Part shown: positions 8,648 through 18,000 of the stretch, piece after piece
Position numbering within the stretch: the first letter of the stretch is position 1
How the letters are laid out: every line of letters starts with the position of its first letter
NCBI GenBank assembly: GCA_045105515.1
Contig: JBGCDR010000188.1
Location: 1 to 24,290, forward strand
Source of the DNA: Oligoflexales bacterium
Lineage (GTDB): Bacteria > Bdellovibrionota_B > Oligoflexia > Oligoflexales > Bog-1112
Length of the DNA stretch: 24,290 nt
Reading direction: 5' to 3'
Notes under the pieces: model-generated
The model's input: only the letters and a program-made list of their open reading frames with translations
What the model was told of the DNA's origin: nothing
Database searches by the model: none
Translations under genes and position numbers: made by a program

Positions 8648-9610
8648 ATGAAAATTATAAATTGCATTCTATTTTTAACATTCTGCTTAAAAGTTTATGC
8701 ATCACCCAAACAGTATTGCGTCACAAATGGCAAAAACGAAGCAAGGGACTTGGAAAGATTTGGTGTTGCCGCAGAAAATTTTTTAAGAATGCTAGTTTTT
8801 CAGCCTGAGAATGCATTTCAAGAAACCCCCATTATATGTGACTACTTTGACCGAATTGTTTGCAGAAAAAACATGGATGAGCAAAGTGAAATTTTTCATA
8901 ACAATGTACTCGCAAGACAAAATCCTATTTTTAGAGACGATGAGTTAAAATCTATTTTCAACGAGTTGTCAAAACCAAATTTAAAGCTGAAAAGGCATAA
9001 CGATTATTATATTTTAAAATCCAAATTATTGGGGTTTGATGAAGAATGTCCAATCAGCTACCTATTAAAATCCATATCAGAGTGGAGAATCAGCAATATT
9101 GATGAAGATATTCTATGGGAAAAAGATAAGGACCTTGAATACAAAAGAATCTGCGTACAAGAAAAATTTTTGGAACTTGATGAAGAACGTTCAATGATTT
9201 CCCTTCAAAAATCCCTACTAAAATGGAAAGTCAATGACTATACTAATGGTATTTGTAGGGAAAAAGATGTCAATAAAAGAAATTTCCTTGTATGCGAAAA
9301 GTCTGACGCTGAAAGCAAACTCTATAAAATCGAACAATTTGAAAAAGAATTTGACTGGGCAGCGAGAGACTATGAAGAATCTAAAAAGGTTTTAGATGAA
9401 AGTGAAAGAAAAGAATATACAATGCAATGCGAAGAAAAAATGCAACATTTAAAAGAGATTAACCAGGATTTCTTTGATAGTTTCTTTAATAATCCAAATT
9501 TTTACAAAAACGACTACAAATCAAAATTTGAAAAAATGGCAAGGGATGATGCTCTTTGCAAATGTGGAGAAGAATACAAAAATCATAGACTATTTATAAA
9601 AGATTATTAG
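8648..9610 (+). CDS. Hypothetical secreted protein, Cys-containing and charged, probably helical C-terminal half
   Basis: 320-aa ORF with signal peptide MKIINCILFLTFCLKVYA|S; no family recognised. Confidence 0.7.
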   Translation: MKIINCILFLTFCLKVYASPKQYCVTNGKNEARDLERFGVAAENFLRMLVFQPENAFQETPIICDYFDRIVCRKNMDEQSEIFHNNVLARQNPIFRDDELKSIFNELSKPNLKLKRHNDYYILKSKLLGFDEECPISYLLKSISEWRISNIDEDILWEKDKDLEYKRICVQEKFLELDEERSMISLQKSLLKWKVNDYTNGICREKDVNKRNFLVCEKSDAESKLYKIEQFEKEFDWAARDYEESKKVLDESERKEYTMQCEEKMQHLKEINQDFFDSFFNNPNFYKNDYKSKFEKMARDDALCKCGEEYKNHRLFIKDY

Positions 9611-9766
9611 ACAAGAACAACTAAAGTAATTGAGGGTTAATATCGGCTTTAGCGTAAAACTGAACGCTATTGGTTAGAATGCAAGCTCCATGACTAATTT
9701 GGGAGCCGTCTGGGAATATCCATCTGATTTCAATAACAAGTACTTCAAGTCCGAAATTATAGCCAC

Positions 9767-10549
9767 CTATTTTTTTGCAAGGATAAATATCCGTTTAACC
9801 TGATAGAAAGTTTTAAAATTCTTATTGATGGGATAATAATCTTTTAGCTTTTCGCCATACTCTTTTTCAAAACTATGGTAATCGTCACCTTTTAATGTAC
9901 CTCGAATTGGACTAAGAGCACTTCCTTTCATCCACTCTAAAACAGGATTATCTCCTTCTAATACATGAAGGTAAGTGGTCTCCCAAATATCCACATCAAC
10001 TCCGGTCTCGGCCAACAACTCATAATATTCTTCCATAGTACATACTGGATTTTTACGCATATGCTGCTTTAATTCAGGGAATCTTTCTAAATAATCGTTG
10101 ACTAGTGACTCTAAACATATATGGGATCTGCGATCCTTGGTGCAAGGCATTTGTATAGCTAGGGTGCCTTTAGGACTTAGGAGTTCTAACAGATTCGGAA
10201 ACAATTGCTTATGATTTGACAACCAATGCAATGCAGCATTACTAAATATAAGGTCGAAAGAACCCTTAACATCACTAATTTCTAGTTTCTGCCAATCTAT
10301 TTGAGGATAATTTTCTTTTGCTTGTGCAAGCATAGGGCTAGAATTATCGATACCCAAAACATGCGAATTTGGATACCTGGCCTTTAATTGTTGTGTAACG
10401 TTTCCAGGCCCACACCCCAGATCAACAATTTTTAAAACATCGTCTTTTGGTAAGGTATTCATCAAGTCTAAAGCAGGCTGGTTACGGCTATTTTTATACA
10501 AATGATATTGTTTAGGATTCCATGCATCTGCCTTGTTTCTTCCTAGCAT
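9767..10549 (-). CDS. tam: Trans-aconitate 2-methyltransferase
   Basis: WNPKQY..RNQPALDL, VDLGCGPGN, GIDNSSPMLAQA, DLIFSNAALHW, GTLAIQMP, VDIWETTYLHVL, VLEWMKGSAL and RIFILA are all Tam-family hallmarks; SD GGAG upstream. Confidence 0.9.
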   Translation of the reverse strand: MLGRNKADAWNPKQYHLYKNSRNQPALDLMNTLPKDDVLKIVDLGCGPGNVTQQLKARYPNSHVLGIDNSSPMLAQAKENYPQIDWQKLEISDVKGSFDLIFSNAALHWLSNHKQLFPNLLELLSPKGTLAIQMPCTKDRRSHICLESLVNDYLERFPELKQHMRKNPVCTMEEYYELLAETGVDVDIWETTYLHVLEGDNPVLEWMKGSALSPIRGTLKGDDYHSFEKEYGEKLKDYYPINKNFKTFYQVKRIFILAKK

Positions 10550-10867
10550 TTAGCTTCTCCCCCACGAATAAATCAATCCATTATGCTATTTTGCAAGATA
10601 CTTATACACTGTTTTTGATTGAATACCTAACTGATATAGAATGTAATAAGATTTACTATTCATCAAAAAAAGGGTTGGTCTTGAAATTTCTGGATTCTCA
10701 ACCAAATAATTTGGAGGTGGGATACTCAGTTTAGGTCAACCCATAGGGTAACGGTACAAAATCGAATTTATATGGCTAGATAAAATATTATTACTATTTA
10801 CTGGGATTGTAGAAGTTTTTGTTCCATGTTACTTGGAGTGGTTCAAACATTTAATTGGAGAAATTTT

Positions 10868-11497
10868 ATGAATTCATCAATATTTAGTTTTATAGCAGCT
10901 CATTTTATTCTTTTCGGCCAATATGGTTTAGCTATAACACAAAATAAGAGTATAGTATCAAACACAATAGAAGAAAAAAAATTCCTTGAGAAAACGGAGG
11001 AACACCTCGTAAAATCAGGTATAACTGACGCAAAAGAAGAATTTTTTGGTTCGGTAATCAAAAATCATATGCGAGCCGAGACAGCTCATGAAACTGTCAC
11101 AAATTTACTATCTGAAGCTAGCTATCTAATAAAATCAGATATTATTGATGCATATGCTAATGTATTGGAAACTAAATTAGAAGCAAAATCTTCGGGAATC
11201 TATTTTTCTAGGTCCGATTTAAGTAATGGGTTTGTTTTATTCTTCAGCCTGTTGACAAAAACTGATTCTACCGAAATATACTATAAGATAATTCATAGTG
11301 AGCAGGCTAAAGCTCAAGTTTTAAATATGAAAAGATACAATACAGTCATTTCAGAAATTAAAGAATTAAGAAAACAATCCTCAAAATTGATAGATATGTT
11401 GGGAAATGGGGATATAAGCTTTGAAGAATATAAAAGTAAATTTGATGAATTACAAACTGAAATGAACGAACTAGAGGATGAACTCAAAAATTTATAA
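10868..11497 (+). CDS. Hypothetical exported protein with C-terminal coiled coil
   Basis: ATG 10868 after GGAG (10857-10860); signal-like MNSSIFSFIAAHFILFGQYGLA; heptad-rich C-terminus (EEYKSKFDELQTEMNELEDELKNL). Confidence 0.7.
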   Translation: MNSSIFSFIAAHFILFGQYGLAITQNKSIVSNTIEEKKFLEKTEEHLVKSGITDAKEEFFGSVIKNHMRAETAHETVTNLLSEASYLIKSDIIDAYANVLETKLEAKSSGIYFSRSDLSNGFVLFFSLLTKTDSTEIYYKIIHSEQAKAQVLNMKRYNTVISEIKELRKQSSKLIDMLGNGDISFEEYKSKFDELQTEMNELEDELKNL

Positions 11498-11603
11498 TAT
11501 CACAGCTTTAGAAAGTTAAGAGATTACCTTTTATGATTATTTCAAGAACAAATATTCCCATGTAAATTAAAAAAATTAGTCTAGCTGCACAAACTAAGAA
11601 TAT

Positions 11604-12533
11604 TCAGTATTGGTGAAGCCTGAGAAACAGCTTTTTCCTCATACCATGGGGTAGAAAAAAGTTCAAAGCAGCATAAGTTAAGATCATAAATGTTTTAGGG
11701 GGACACCGGTAACGTAAACTTTTTAATATATAAAGTAATGCTCGGAAAGGAGATTCGGGGATTGTCATGACTCCCTTTGATTTTGCAAGTTGATGACGCA
11801 GACTATTTATCAGATAAGTCGGACTACCTGGTTTTTTCAAAAAATAATCCAGAATACTTTGTAGCCCAGGAATAAATATACCTTGATCTGTACCTAGGTT
11901 ACTGCCATGAACCCGATAAAATGTAAGTGGAGATGGAATATGATATATTTTTTTTACAAAACTAGCTTTGAGCCAAAGGTGGTAATCGTCTACGCCTATC
12001 ATTTCTTGATCTGTACATAGGCCTCCCACAGAATTAAAAACTGTTGTTTCTATCATTCCACTTGACCAAGTAATAGGATTACCTTCGTAGAGCTCGTTTG
12101 ACTCAAGTATTTTTGCTGGTTTAACATCTGTTATGAAATCCCTGCTATCGAATGATTCAGTATTGACAATTATTCGATCTGTATAAACCACACCGGCGTC
12201 CGGACTCTCTAAAAATGTTGTAATTTGTGATTCGAAACGTCTTGGATGCGAATAATCATCATGGTCCCAAAATACTAGGTACTCACCTTTTGCAAACTTA
12301 AAGCCATGCATTCTAGATTTGCAAGGCAGACCTTCAGGGGTCTTACTATAGACTCGAAAGCGCTCATCCTTGACTTTTTCTATAAAGTCGATGGTATTAT
12401 CAGTAGATCCATCATCTACAAAAATCGCTTCCCAGCGCTGATAGGTTTGTGCTTGGAGGCTATCTATGGTGTCCTTCAAAAATCTTGTGGAGTTATAGCA
12501 GGGAATAATAACAGAAATCAAAGGTGAATTCAT
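11604..12533 (-). CDS. Glycosyltransferase family 2 (GT-A fold)
   Basis: LISVIIPCYN, FVDDGSTDNT, GEYLVFWDHDD (DxD), DDYHLWL, YRVH; SD AAGGA. Confidence 0.92.
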   Translation of the reverse strand: MNSPLISVIIPCYNSTRFLKDTIDSLQAQTYQRWEAIFVDDGSTDNTIDFIEKVKDERFRVYSKTPEGLPCKSRMHGFKFAKGEYLVFWDHDDYSHPRRFESQITTFLESPDAGVVYTDRIIVNTESFDSRDFITDVKPAKILESNELYEGNPITWSSGMIETTVFNSVGGLCTDQEMIGVDDYHLWLKASFVKKIYHIPSPLTFYRVHGSNLGTDQGIFIPGLQSILDYFLKKPGSPTYLINSLRHQLAKSKGVMTIPESPFRALLYILKSLRYRCPPKTFMILTYAALNFFLPHGMRKKLFLRLHQY

Positions 12534-13060
12534 GATGCTTCCTTAGCAAACTAGCAAATTTCCGCCACTATCATATGCTTTTAGCATATCTATGGGGGGC
12601 CTAATAGATTTTTAAAACAGTTTAATAAACTTTTCAATGTATTTAAACAAGAATTCCATCATCATGACCAGCATTTCCCTTGCTTCACCTCGTAGCTTTA
12701 CTCTTAAAGATGACAATAAAATATGAGCACATGAAGCCTACAATGAATAGATTCAAGAGAAGTCTGATAAACTGAAAGAAACGAAAAAAAAGAAACCTAA
12801 ATTATCCTAACTGTAGCCATATGAACTGAACTCCAGAAAGCCCCGCAGGAAGTGGTCAACAGGCCTAATAATAAGGGGGCAAGCATTTTTTATTTTCCTC
12901 CAATTAAGTTAAGCAAAGTCTATATTTTAAAAATGGAGAAGATTAAATGCAAAAGATTAGTAAAAATGGTAAAAGTGATTGATTATTATTTTGAGGAAAT
13001 TTTGAGGGTGGCGATGATTCTTAAAACTAGAGTTCCATAACCATAAGGCATGGAGTAAAT

Positions 13061-13081
13061 TAGGGGGCAATAAACCCCCTA
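13061..13081. other. Perfect 7-bp intergenic hairpin
   Basis: TAGGGGG-CAATAAA-CCCCCTA; no clear U-tract on either strand, so function unassigned. Confidence 0.4.
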
Positions 13082-13355
13082 GAAAATAGCAAAACCAAAG
13101 TCAAAACTCAACAATCATAAACATGTGCTTGTTCGTAGATTTTGCTAAAGAACTATCCTTTTGTTAGGGAGTTCGATTTTTTCCTGAGGCTCACTTAAAA
13201 TCAAAGCATTATTTTTCATAAATTTGTTTGTCATTTTGTAATGATAACTTCTTTTTGAATTATTCTTAGCACATTACTTCCTTGACAAATATAATATCCT
13301 CAATATCCTAGTTAAACCATACATTTCGAACAATCGTAATGAACACGGAAAAAAT

Positions 13356-14099
13356 ATGAAAATCAAATCAATTACTTTGTTTTTAAATCTAATGGTTCTA
13401 GGATCATTCAGTTTTTACTATGGAAGTGGTAAATCTGAAGCGACGCAACAGGAAAATGTTTTTTTTGATAATTTGGATATTAATTATTGTACTAATCCAG
13501 AAGAAGAATGGCCTGATGATGATCAAGATTACGAACTCACTTTTTTTCCTCGCCCGATAACGAATACTTCCCGTAGCCAAACCCAATGGCAACGAGAGCC
13601 TTCTCAATATGAACTCGATGAATTGTGCACTAATCGTCAACGCCAAGCTCTTCAAACCTGGTATAAAAGATTTTATGAACTGATTGAATACTGTGAGGTT
13701 AAAGGGGACTGTAATGTACCACAAAAATACAAGAACAACCCAGTGCTTGGCATATGGGTGAACAAGCAACGAATGGAAAAGAAGTACATGGATGAAGGAA
13801 AAAGATCTTCCATGACGCGAAAAAAGGTTCAAAAATTGGAAAACATTGGATTCCAATGGGGACAACGAAAGGGTCAACATCGATGGTCCATAAGATACAT
13901 TGAGCTCCGTGCGTATCATGAGCAGTTTGGTGATTGCGAGGTTCCCACAAAATACATAAAAAATCTAGCTCTAGGGCGATGGGTGAGCACACAAAGATCA
14001 GAATACAAAAAGTTTCCCAGTGGCCATTCCAAACAGATGACCCAAAAAAGAATAGACCTACTCAATGCCCTTGGGTTCAAGTGGGTAGCGTCTAAGTGA
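13356..14099 (+). CDS. Protein with two tandem helicase-associated (HA, PF03457-type) domains, no helicase core, and an N-terminal signal peptide
   Basis: Two copies of W..R(F/Y).EL..Y....GDC.VP.KY..N..LG.WV..QR.......MT.K....L...GF.W (about 13659-14087). N-terminus MKIKSITLFLNLMVLGSFSFYYGSGKSEA followed by an acidic linker. Confidence 0.9.
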   Translation: MKIKSITLFLNLMVLGSFSFYYGSGKSEATQQENVFFDNLDINYCTNPEEEWPDDDQDYELTFFPRPITNTSRSQTQWQREPSQYELDELCTNRQRQALQTWYKRFYELIEYCEVKGDCNVPQKYKNNPVLGIWVNKQRMEKKYMDEGKRSSMTRKKVQKLENIGFQWGQRKGQHRWSIRYIELRAYHEQFGDCEVPTKYIKNLALGRWVSTQRSEYKKFPSGHSKQMTQKRIDLLNALGFKWVASK

Positions 14100-14279
14100 A
14101 AGACTTTGTATTCATAACAGGGGCTTTAAGTCGAAATTTTTGTAGAATTTGTAATTAAAATGTTAAGATTCAAACTTCTATTGGAATGTTGTTCCAGTGA
14201 TTATTAAAATTGCTATGAATGCCGCTTTAGATTAGCAGAGTTTGCATAAACCACAATTTTGATTCCTAGCGATTTGCAT

Positions 14280-15317
14280 TTAGATTTTATTTTGCACTGT
14301 CTCATTTTCATAAAGATGAGAAATTGTACGTAACTTATGCGCTATCCCTGGATATGGGTTACTAATAAATTTCTGATTAAATTTGAAATTGTTTTTTAAA
14401 AACCATGTATAAATATAAGAAATAATCGATAGGGATGCATAGGTACCCACAACCCATTTACTTGAGATCCTTGGTTTGAGTACAGGTATAAAACTCTGAA
14501 CTAAAGACTGAAACAATACCCCAGTTACAAGACCAGAGAAATGAGATGCATGTGCTATTTTTAGATTTGCAATTCTTCCAACACCTTCTGTTATCAATGA
14601 ATTCTTTATAAAATCTGCTGAAATATGATATGGGCTTTTATTTTGTAAACTTTGATTGTAACCAATCACTCCATAGATAGCACCTGAAGAACCTATGCTT
14701 GATGAGTGCGGGCCAGCAATTGCTGAGCCAATAGAAGAGCCTATGGTGGAAAGGATTAGAACTGAAGATAGTTCTGCACCTTGTAGATCTCCCAATTTAA
14801 ACAGATTATAAAGTTTTAAGAGATTTAAACCAAGATGCAAAGTGTTTGCATGGATAAATGAGCTAGAAAATATTCGATAAGGTTGTTTTAAAAGTGCTTT
14901 TAAAGCATGGGTTTTTTCAAGCAGATCTGCAAGATCATTAACCTTGAAGTAAGGAGAATCTAGCATTGAATTGAGCTTATTTTTATCGGATTTGGGAAGT
15001 TCTACAAACAATTTTTCGATATAGTCTTTGACAGGTACAACTAAATAACCATAATGAGTCTGCAAACCAATTATGTTCCTATTTTCATCTCCAAAATCTG
15101 CCGCAAAGGATTTTGAGATTGAATAATAATCAATATTATTCACTACTAATAACTGATAATCGCGGTCAAAAACCCCATCTTGAAAAGACTTAGACGATAC
15201 TTTTGGGTACGTAAAATCAGGATAGATTTCTGATCTTGATAAAGATCTCGATAGTGAATTTGATGCGTTTGCAATTGTGCAAATTATTAAAAAAGTAAGG
15301 ACTAGGATATTTTTCAT
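14280..15317 (-). CDS. Rhomboid-family intramembrane serine protease-like protein with signal peptide and soluble N-terminal domain
   Basis: PYRIFSSSFIHANTLHLGLN (H..HxxxN), catalytic GSSG (SIGSSGAIYGVIG), catalytic His region IAHASHFSGLVTG. Likely start MKNILVLTFLIICTIANA at 15317; the ORF track starts at 15404. Confidence 0.78.
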   Translation of the reverse strand: MKNILVLTFLIICTIANASNSLSRSLSRSEIYPDFTYPKVSSKSFQDGVFDRDYQLLVVNNIDYYSISKSFAADFGDENRNIIGLQTHYGYLVVPVKDYIEKLFVELPKSDKNKLNSMLDSPYFKVNDLADLLEKTHALKALLKQPYRIFSSSFIHANTLHLGLNLLKLYNLFKLGDLQGAELSSVLILSTIGSSIGSAIAGPHSSSIGSSGAIYGVIGYNQSLQNKSPYHISADFIKNSLITEGVGRIANLKIAHASHFSGLVTGVLFQSLVQSFIPVLKPRISSKWVVGTYASLSIISYIYTWFLKNNFKFNQKFISNPYPGIAHKLRTISHLYENETVQNKI

Positions 15318-15612
15318 TCTGAGATTTTCTCTTTTTTTGGAATTGATCCAAATAAGATATTTATATCTTCCAATTCGACTTCCATCTTTAGTTTCATTCT
15401 TCATATTTTTTCAATAATTCAAAATTTATGATTCTGTGGATATGATCTTCTATTTATTCATTTTATAAGGTGCCACAAAATAGCAAATTTGGTGCCAATG
15501 GTCTACCAACGAATCATATACGGCTGATATTACTATGAATATTCTAGTAAATATCGGAAGCACCAGAGATTTTAGCAAGCTCCAAATATAGTTTATGAGC
15601 AGCCCCCCTGAA

Positions 15613-15861
15613 TTACACAATAAAAATCGGGCGATTCTGGGTTCGACATTTACCCTGATTATTGACCTAATCGTCCCAACGATCATTCATGCGGGTCACC
15701 TGAGTATAGTTACATGGGGTCCCAGCCTTTGCCATACTAAGCCTACACTCACTCCCTTCATCTAAAGTAGTTAGACACCCCCCAGGAACATAGCTGCTGA
15801 GTACGGTTCCTTAGTTTCATCTGTTTCTTCAGCTTATTCTGATCCGTTTAGTTCCTTTTTT
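15613..15861 (-). pseudogene. Eroded C-terminal part (acidic linker plus second Cys-rich module) of the 16185 lipoprotein gene
   Basis: In the lipoprotein frame: PGGCLTTLDEGSECRLSMAKAGTPCNYTQVTRMNDRWDD*VNNQGKC (TAG 15669-15667), which parallels module 1. An acidic linker-like KELNGSE*AEETDETKEP lies in another frame. Confidence 0.5.
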
Positions 15862-16185
15862 TTAGAGTGTTTCAAGTGAGCCCGATATCTCTGGGTTTTC
15901 TAAAATTAGAGATGATTTAGCTACGTCACCACCACACAAACCTGCTCCATTACAATTATCATTTTCCGTTTTTGGGTTGCCATCATTGCAGGCACTGCCT
16001 TTTGTTTTATAAGTAATCTGACAAGTATCTCCGGCTGGTTGTGCTGAAACTATACATTGGTTTAGCTTGCAGTCTGGGTGTGGTCCAATATTAACAGGGT
16101 TGGTACGTGAGAGAGTGGGCCTATTTTCACAAGCTGCCAGAGCAATAATTAGCATCACAATAGGTAGATTTTTTATGCAGGACAT
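15862..16185 (-). CDS. Cys-rich lipoprotein, probably truncated
   Basis: SD GGGAGG; lipobox LIIALAA|C; module CKLNQC..C..GSACNDGNPKTENDNCNGAGLC resembles the CxDGNxxTxxDxC repeats of myxobacterial and Dictyostelium-type Cys-rich proteins. Confidence 0.75.
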   Translation of the reverse strand: MSCIKNLPIVMLIIALAACENRPTLSRTNPVNIGPHPDCKLNQCIVSAQPAGDTCQITYKTKGSACNDGNPKTENDNCNGAGLCGGDVAKSSLILENPEISGSLETL

Positions 16186-16545
16186 ATTCCTCCCTGGCGG
16201 TAAAATACTATATTGTTCAGTCAGTAATGAATGAGCAATTATTTTATCACTTTTAAGCTGCAGTAAATGACAAAAATTTCGCCACTTGATTGAATGCGGA
16301 GAATCAGGGGTAGTAATTGAATTTTATGCTCGAATATAGATTATTTTTTAATAAATAATAAAAATTCAAAAGGGAGCAGAAAAAGCAAATTGAAAAACTA
16401 TTTGAATTAGCATCTTTTTCTATGCACCACCACCATTGATAAAGTTAAGAATTCCCAAATACTTCCGAAAGCCGTTTATACCACTGAAACGGATTAATTC
16501 GGGAGCTCTGATATCCGGAAAAAGATTTGGTTTTGGCTGAAAATC

Positions 16546-17772
16546 TTGTGCGATCCAAGCGGAACTGTGACCGAACCTGCTGAAAAATCTCGGATTTTCA
16601 TGATCAATATTATCATTATTCTGACAATTCTTATGAATTTTCTTCATATACCGGCTTTTTTGCTACCTGAGCTTAAGCACGGACTCATGGTTATTAGTCT
16701 CAATTTTTGTATAAACACATTTTTTGTTGGCGTTCTAATCCTAAACAAAAAAAATAATGCAGGTCCCGGGAAAAAATTGTTCTTTTTCCTGGTTATCTCT
16801 GAATTTACCTACCTAAATATATTGCTTGGGACTAACAGCGGTTATTACCACTATTATACCTGCTCCATGCTTGCGAGTTTTCTAGCATTTTCCACCGAAG
16901 AAAAAAAAAGTAAATACTGTGCTATTTTGGCGTCTATTTTTTTGTACTGTTTATTCATCATTTCTCAATTATTTACTGGCTGGTTTCCAGGGCCAGACAC
17001 GACTAGTACGCGCCTTATTGCAGGTTCGGCAATGATTCTAAGCATTCTAATTAATTTAACCATTGTAGGCATTGTGCATTTTAATCAGGTACAGATGGAG
17101 GCTAGACTCAACTTCGAATACAAGCGTTCAGAACGACTTCTCGATAATATTTTTCCTCGTGCAGTATCTCAAGAGCTAAAGAGTCGTGGTCACCAGATGA
17201 TTGCAAATAGAATCTCGGATACGACAATTCTTTTTGCTGATATTGTTGGCTTTACCAAGCTGACAGAAAATATGGGTGCAGAGCCCATAGTTGCTCTCCT
17301 GAATAAATTGTTCTCTTACTATGATGACCTTGCAGGCAAGCTGGGCCTAGAAAAAATAAAGACCATTGGGGATGCTTACATGGTTGCTGCAGGGGTTCCA
17401 GAACCCTCCAAGCTGCATGGAGACCTAATTGCAGAGATGGCGTTAGAGATGATGGCTTACACAGAAAAAATAGCTAAAGAGTCAAGGATAGATATCAGAC
17501 TCAGAATTGGCATAAACACAGGAACTGTCATAGCAGGGGTCATTGGGAAAAGAAAGTTTCAGTTTGATATCTGGGGTGACTGTGTGAACACTGCATCGAG
17601 GATGGAATCCTCGGGAGTGGCTGGAAAAATACAGGTTTCAGAATCAACGTTTGAACTATTAAAAGAAAATTGGAATCTGAATCTGAGAGGATATACAGAA
17701 ATCAAGGGTCTTGGAAAAAGAAAAACCTGGTTCTTAAGTGGGGCTAAATCAACACTCAGAAATGTCGCTTAA
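16546..17772 (+). CDS. Membrane-anchored class III adenylate cyclase
   Basis: About five or six N-terminal hydrophobic segments, signalling helix RSERLLDNIFP, catalytic motifs FADIVGFT, KIKTIGDAYM, RIGINTG, FDIWGDCVNTASRMES. The Lys/Asp specificity pair indicates ATP. Start codon uncertain. Confidence 0.92.
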   Translation: MCDPSGTVTEPAEKSRIFMINIIIILTILMNFLHIPAFLLPELKHGLMVISLNFCINTFFVGVLILNKKNNAGPGKKLFFFLVISEFTYLNILLGTNSGYYHYYTCSMLASFLAFSTEEKKSKYCAILASIFLYCLFIISQLFTGWFPGPDTTSTRLIAGSAMILSILINLTIVGIVHFNQVQMEARLNFEYKRSERLLDNIFPRAVSQELKSRGHQMIANRISDTTILFADIVGFTKLTENMGAEPIVALLNKLFSYYDDLAGKLGLEKIKTIGDAYMVAAGVPEPSKLHGDLIAEMALEMMAYTEKIAKESRIDIRLRIGINTGTVIAGVIGKRKFQFDIWGDCVNTASRMESSGVAGKIQVSESTFELLKENWNLNLRGYTEIKGLGKRKTWFLSGAKSTLRNVA

Positions 17773-18000
17773 TGCCGGATGAGCACAGACAAAAAGATAG
17801 CTGAAATACTATTTTGAGATTACTGTGTCTGTTATCAAAACTTAGTTTTTGATAGATTGATCTATTAGGCTTATATATTTAAATCTTTAGCAAGAAATTC
17901 ATTGACTAGCGTAATGTCAAAAAGGTAGTTTCTACCACTAAGTAGTTTATACAATTTTTAAAAAAATACATCTGATAATTCGGTAAGAGACTGTTTTAAA

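Noticed and set aside
12600..13350. 62-aa ORF 12852-13040 and a possible ncRNA or IS remnant
   Set aside because: No SD, motif, terminal inverted repeats or recognisable riboswitch consensus; only an isolated hairpin is supported.
13404..13992. 171-aa and 97-aa ORFs antisense to the HA-domain gene
   Set aside because: Shadow ORFs: no motifs, fully overlapping a well-supported gene.
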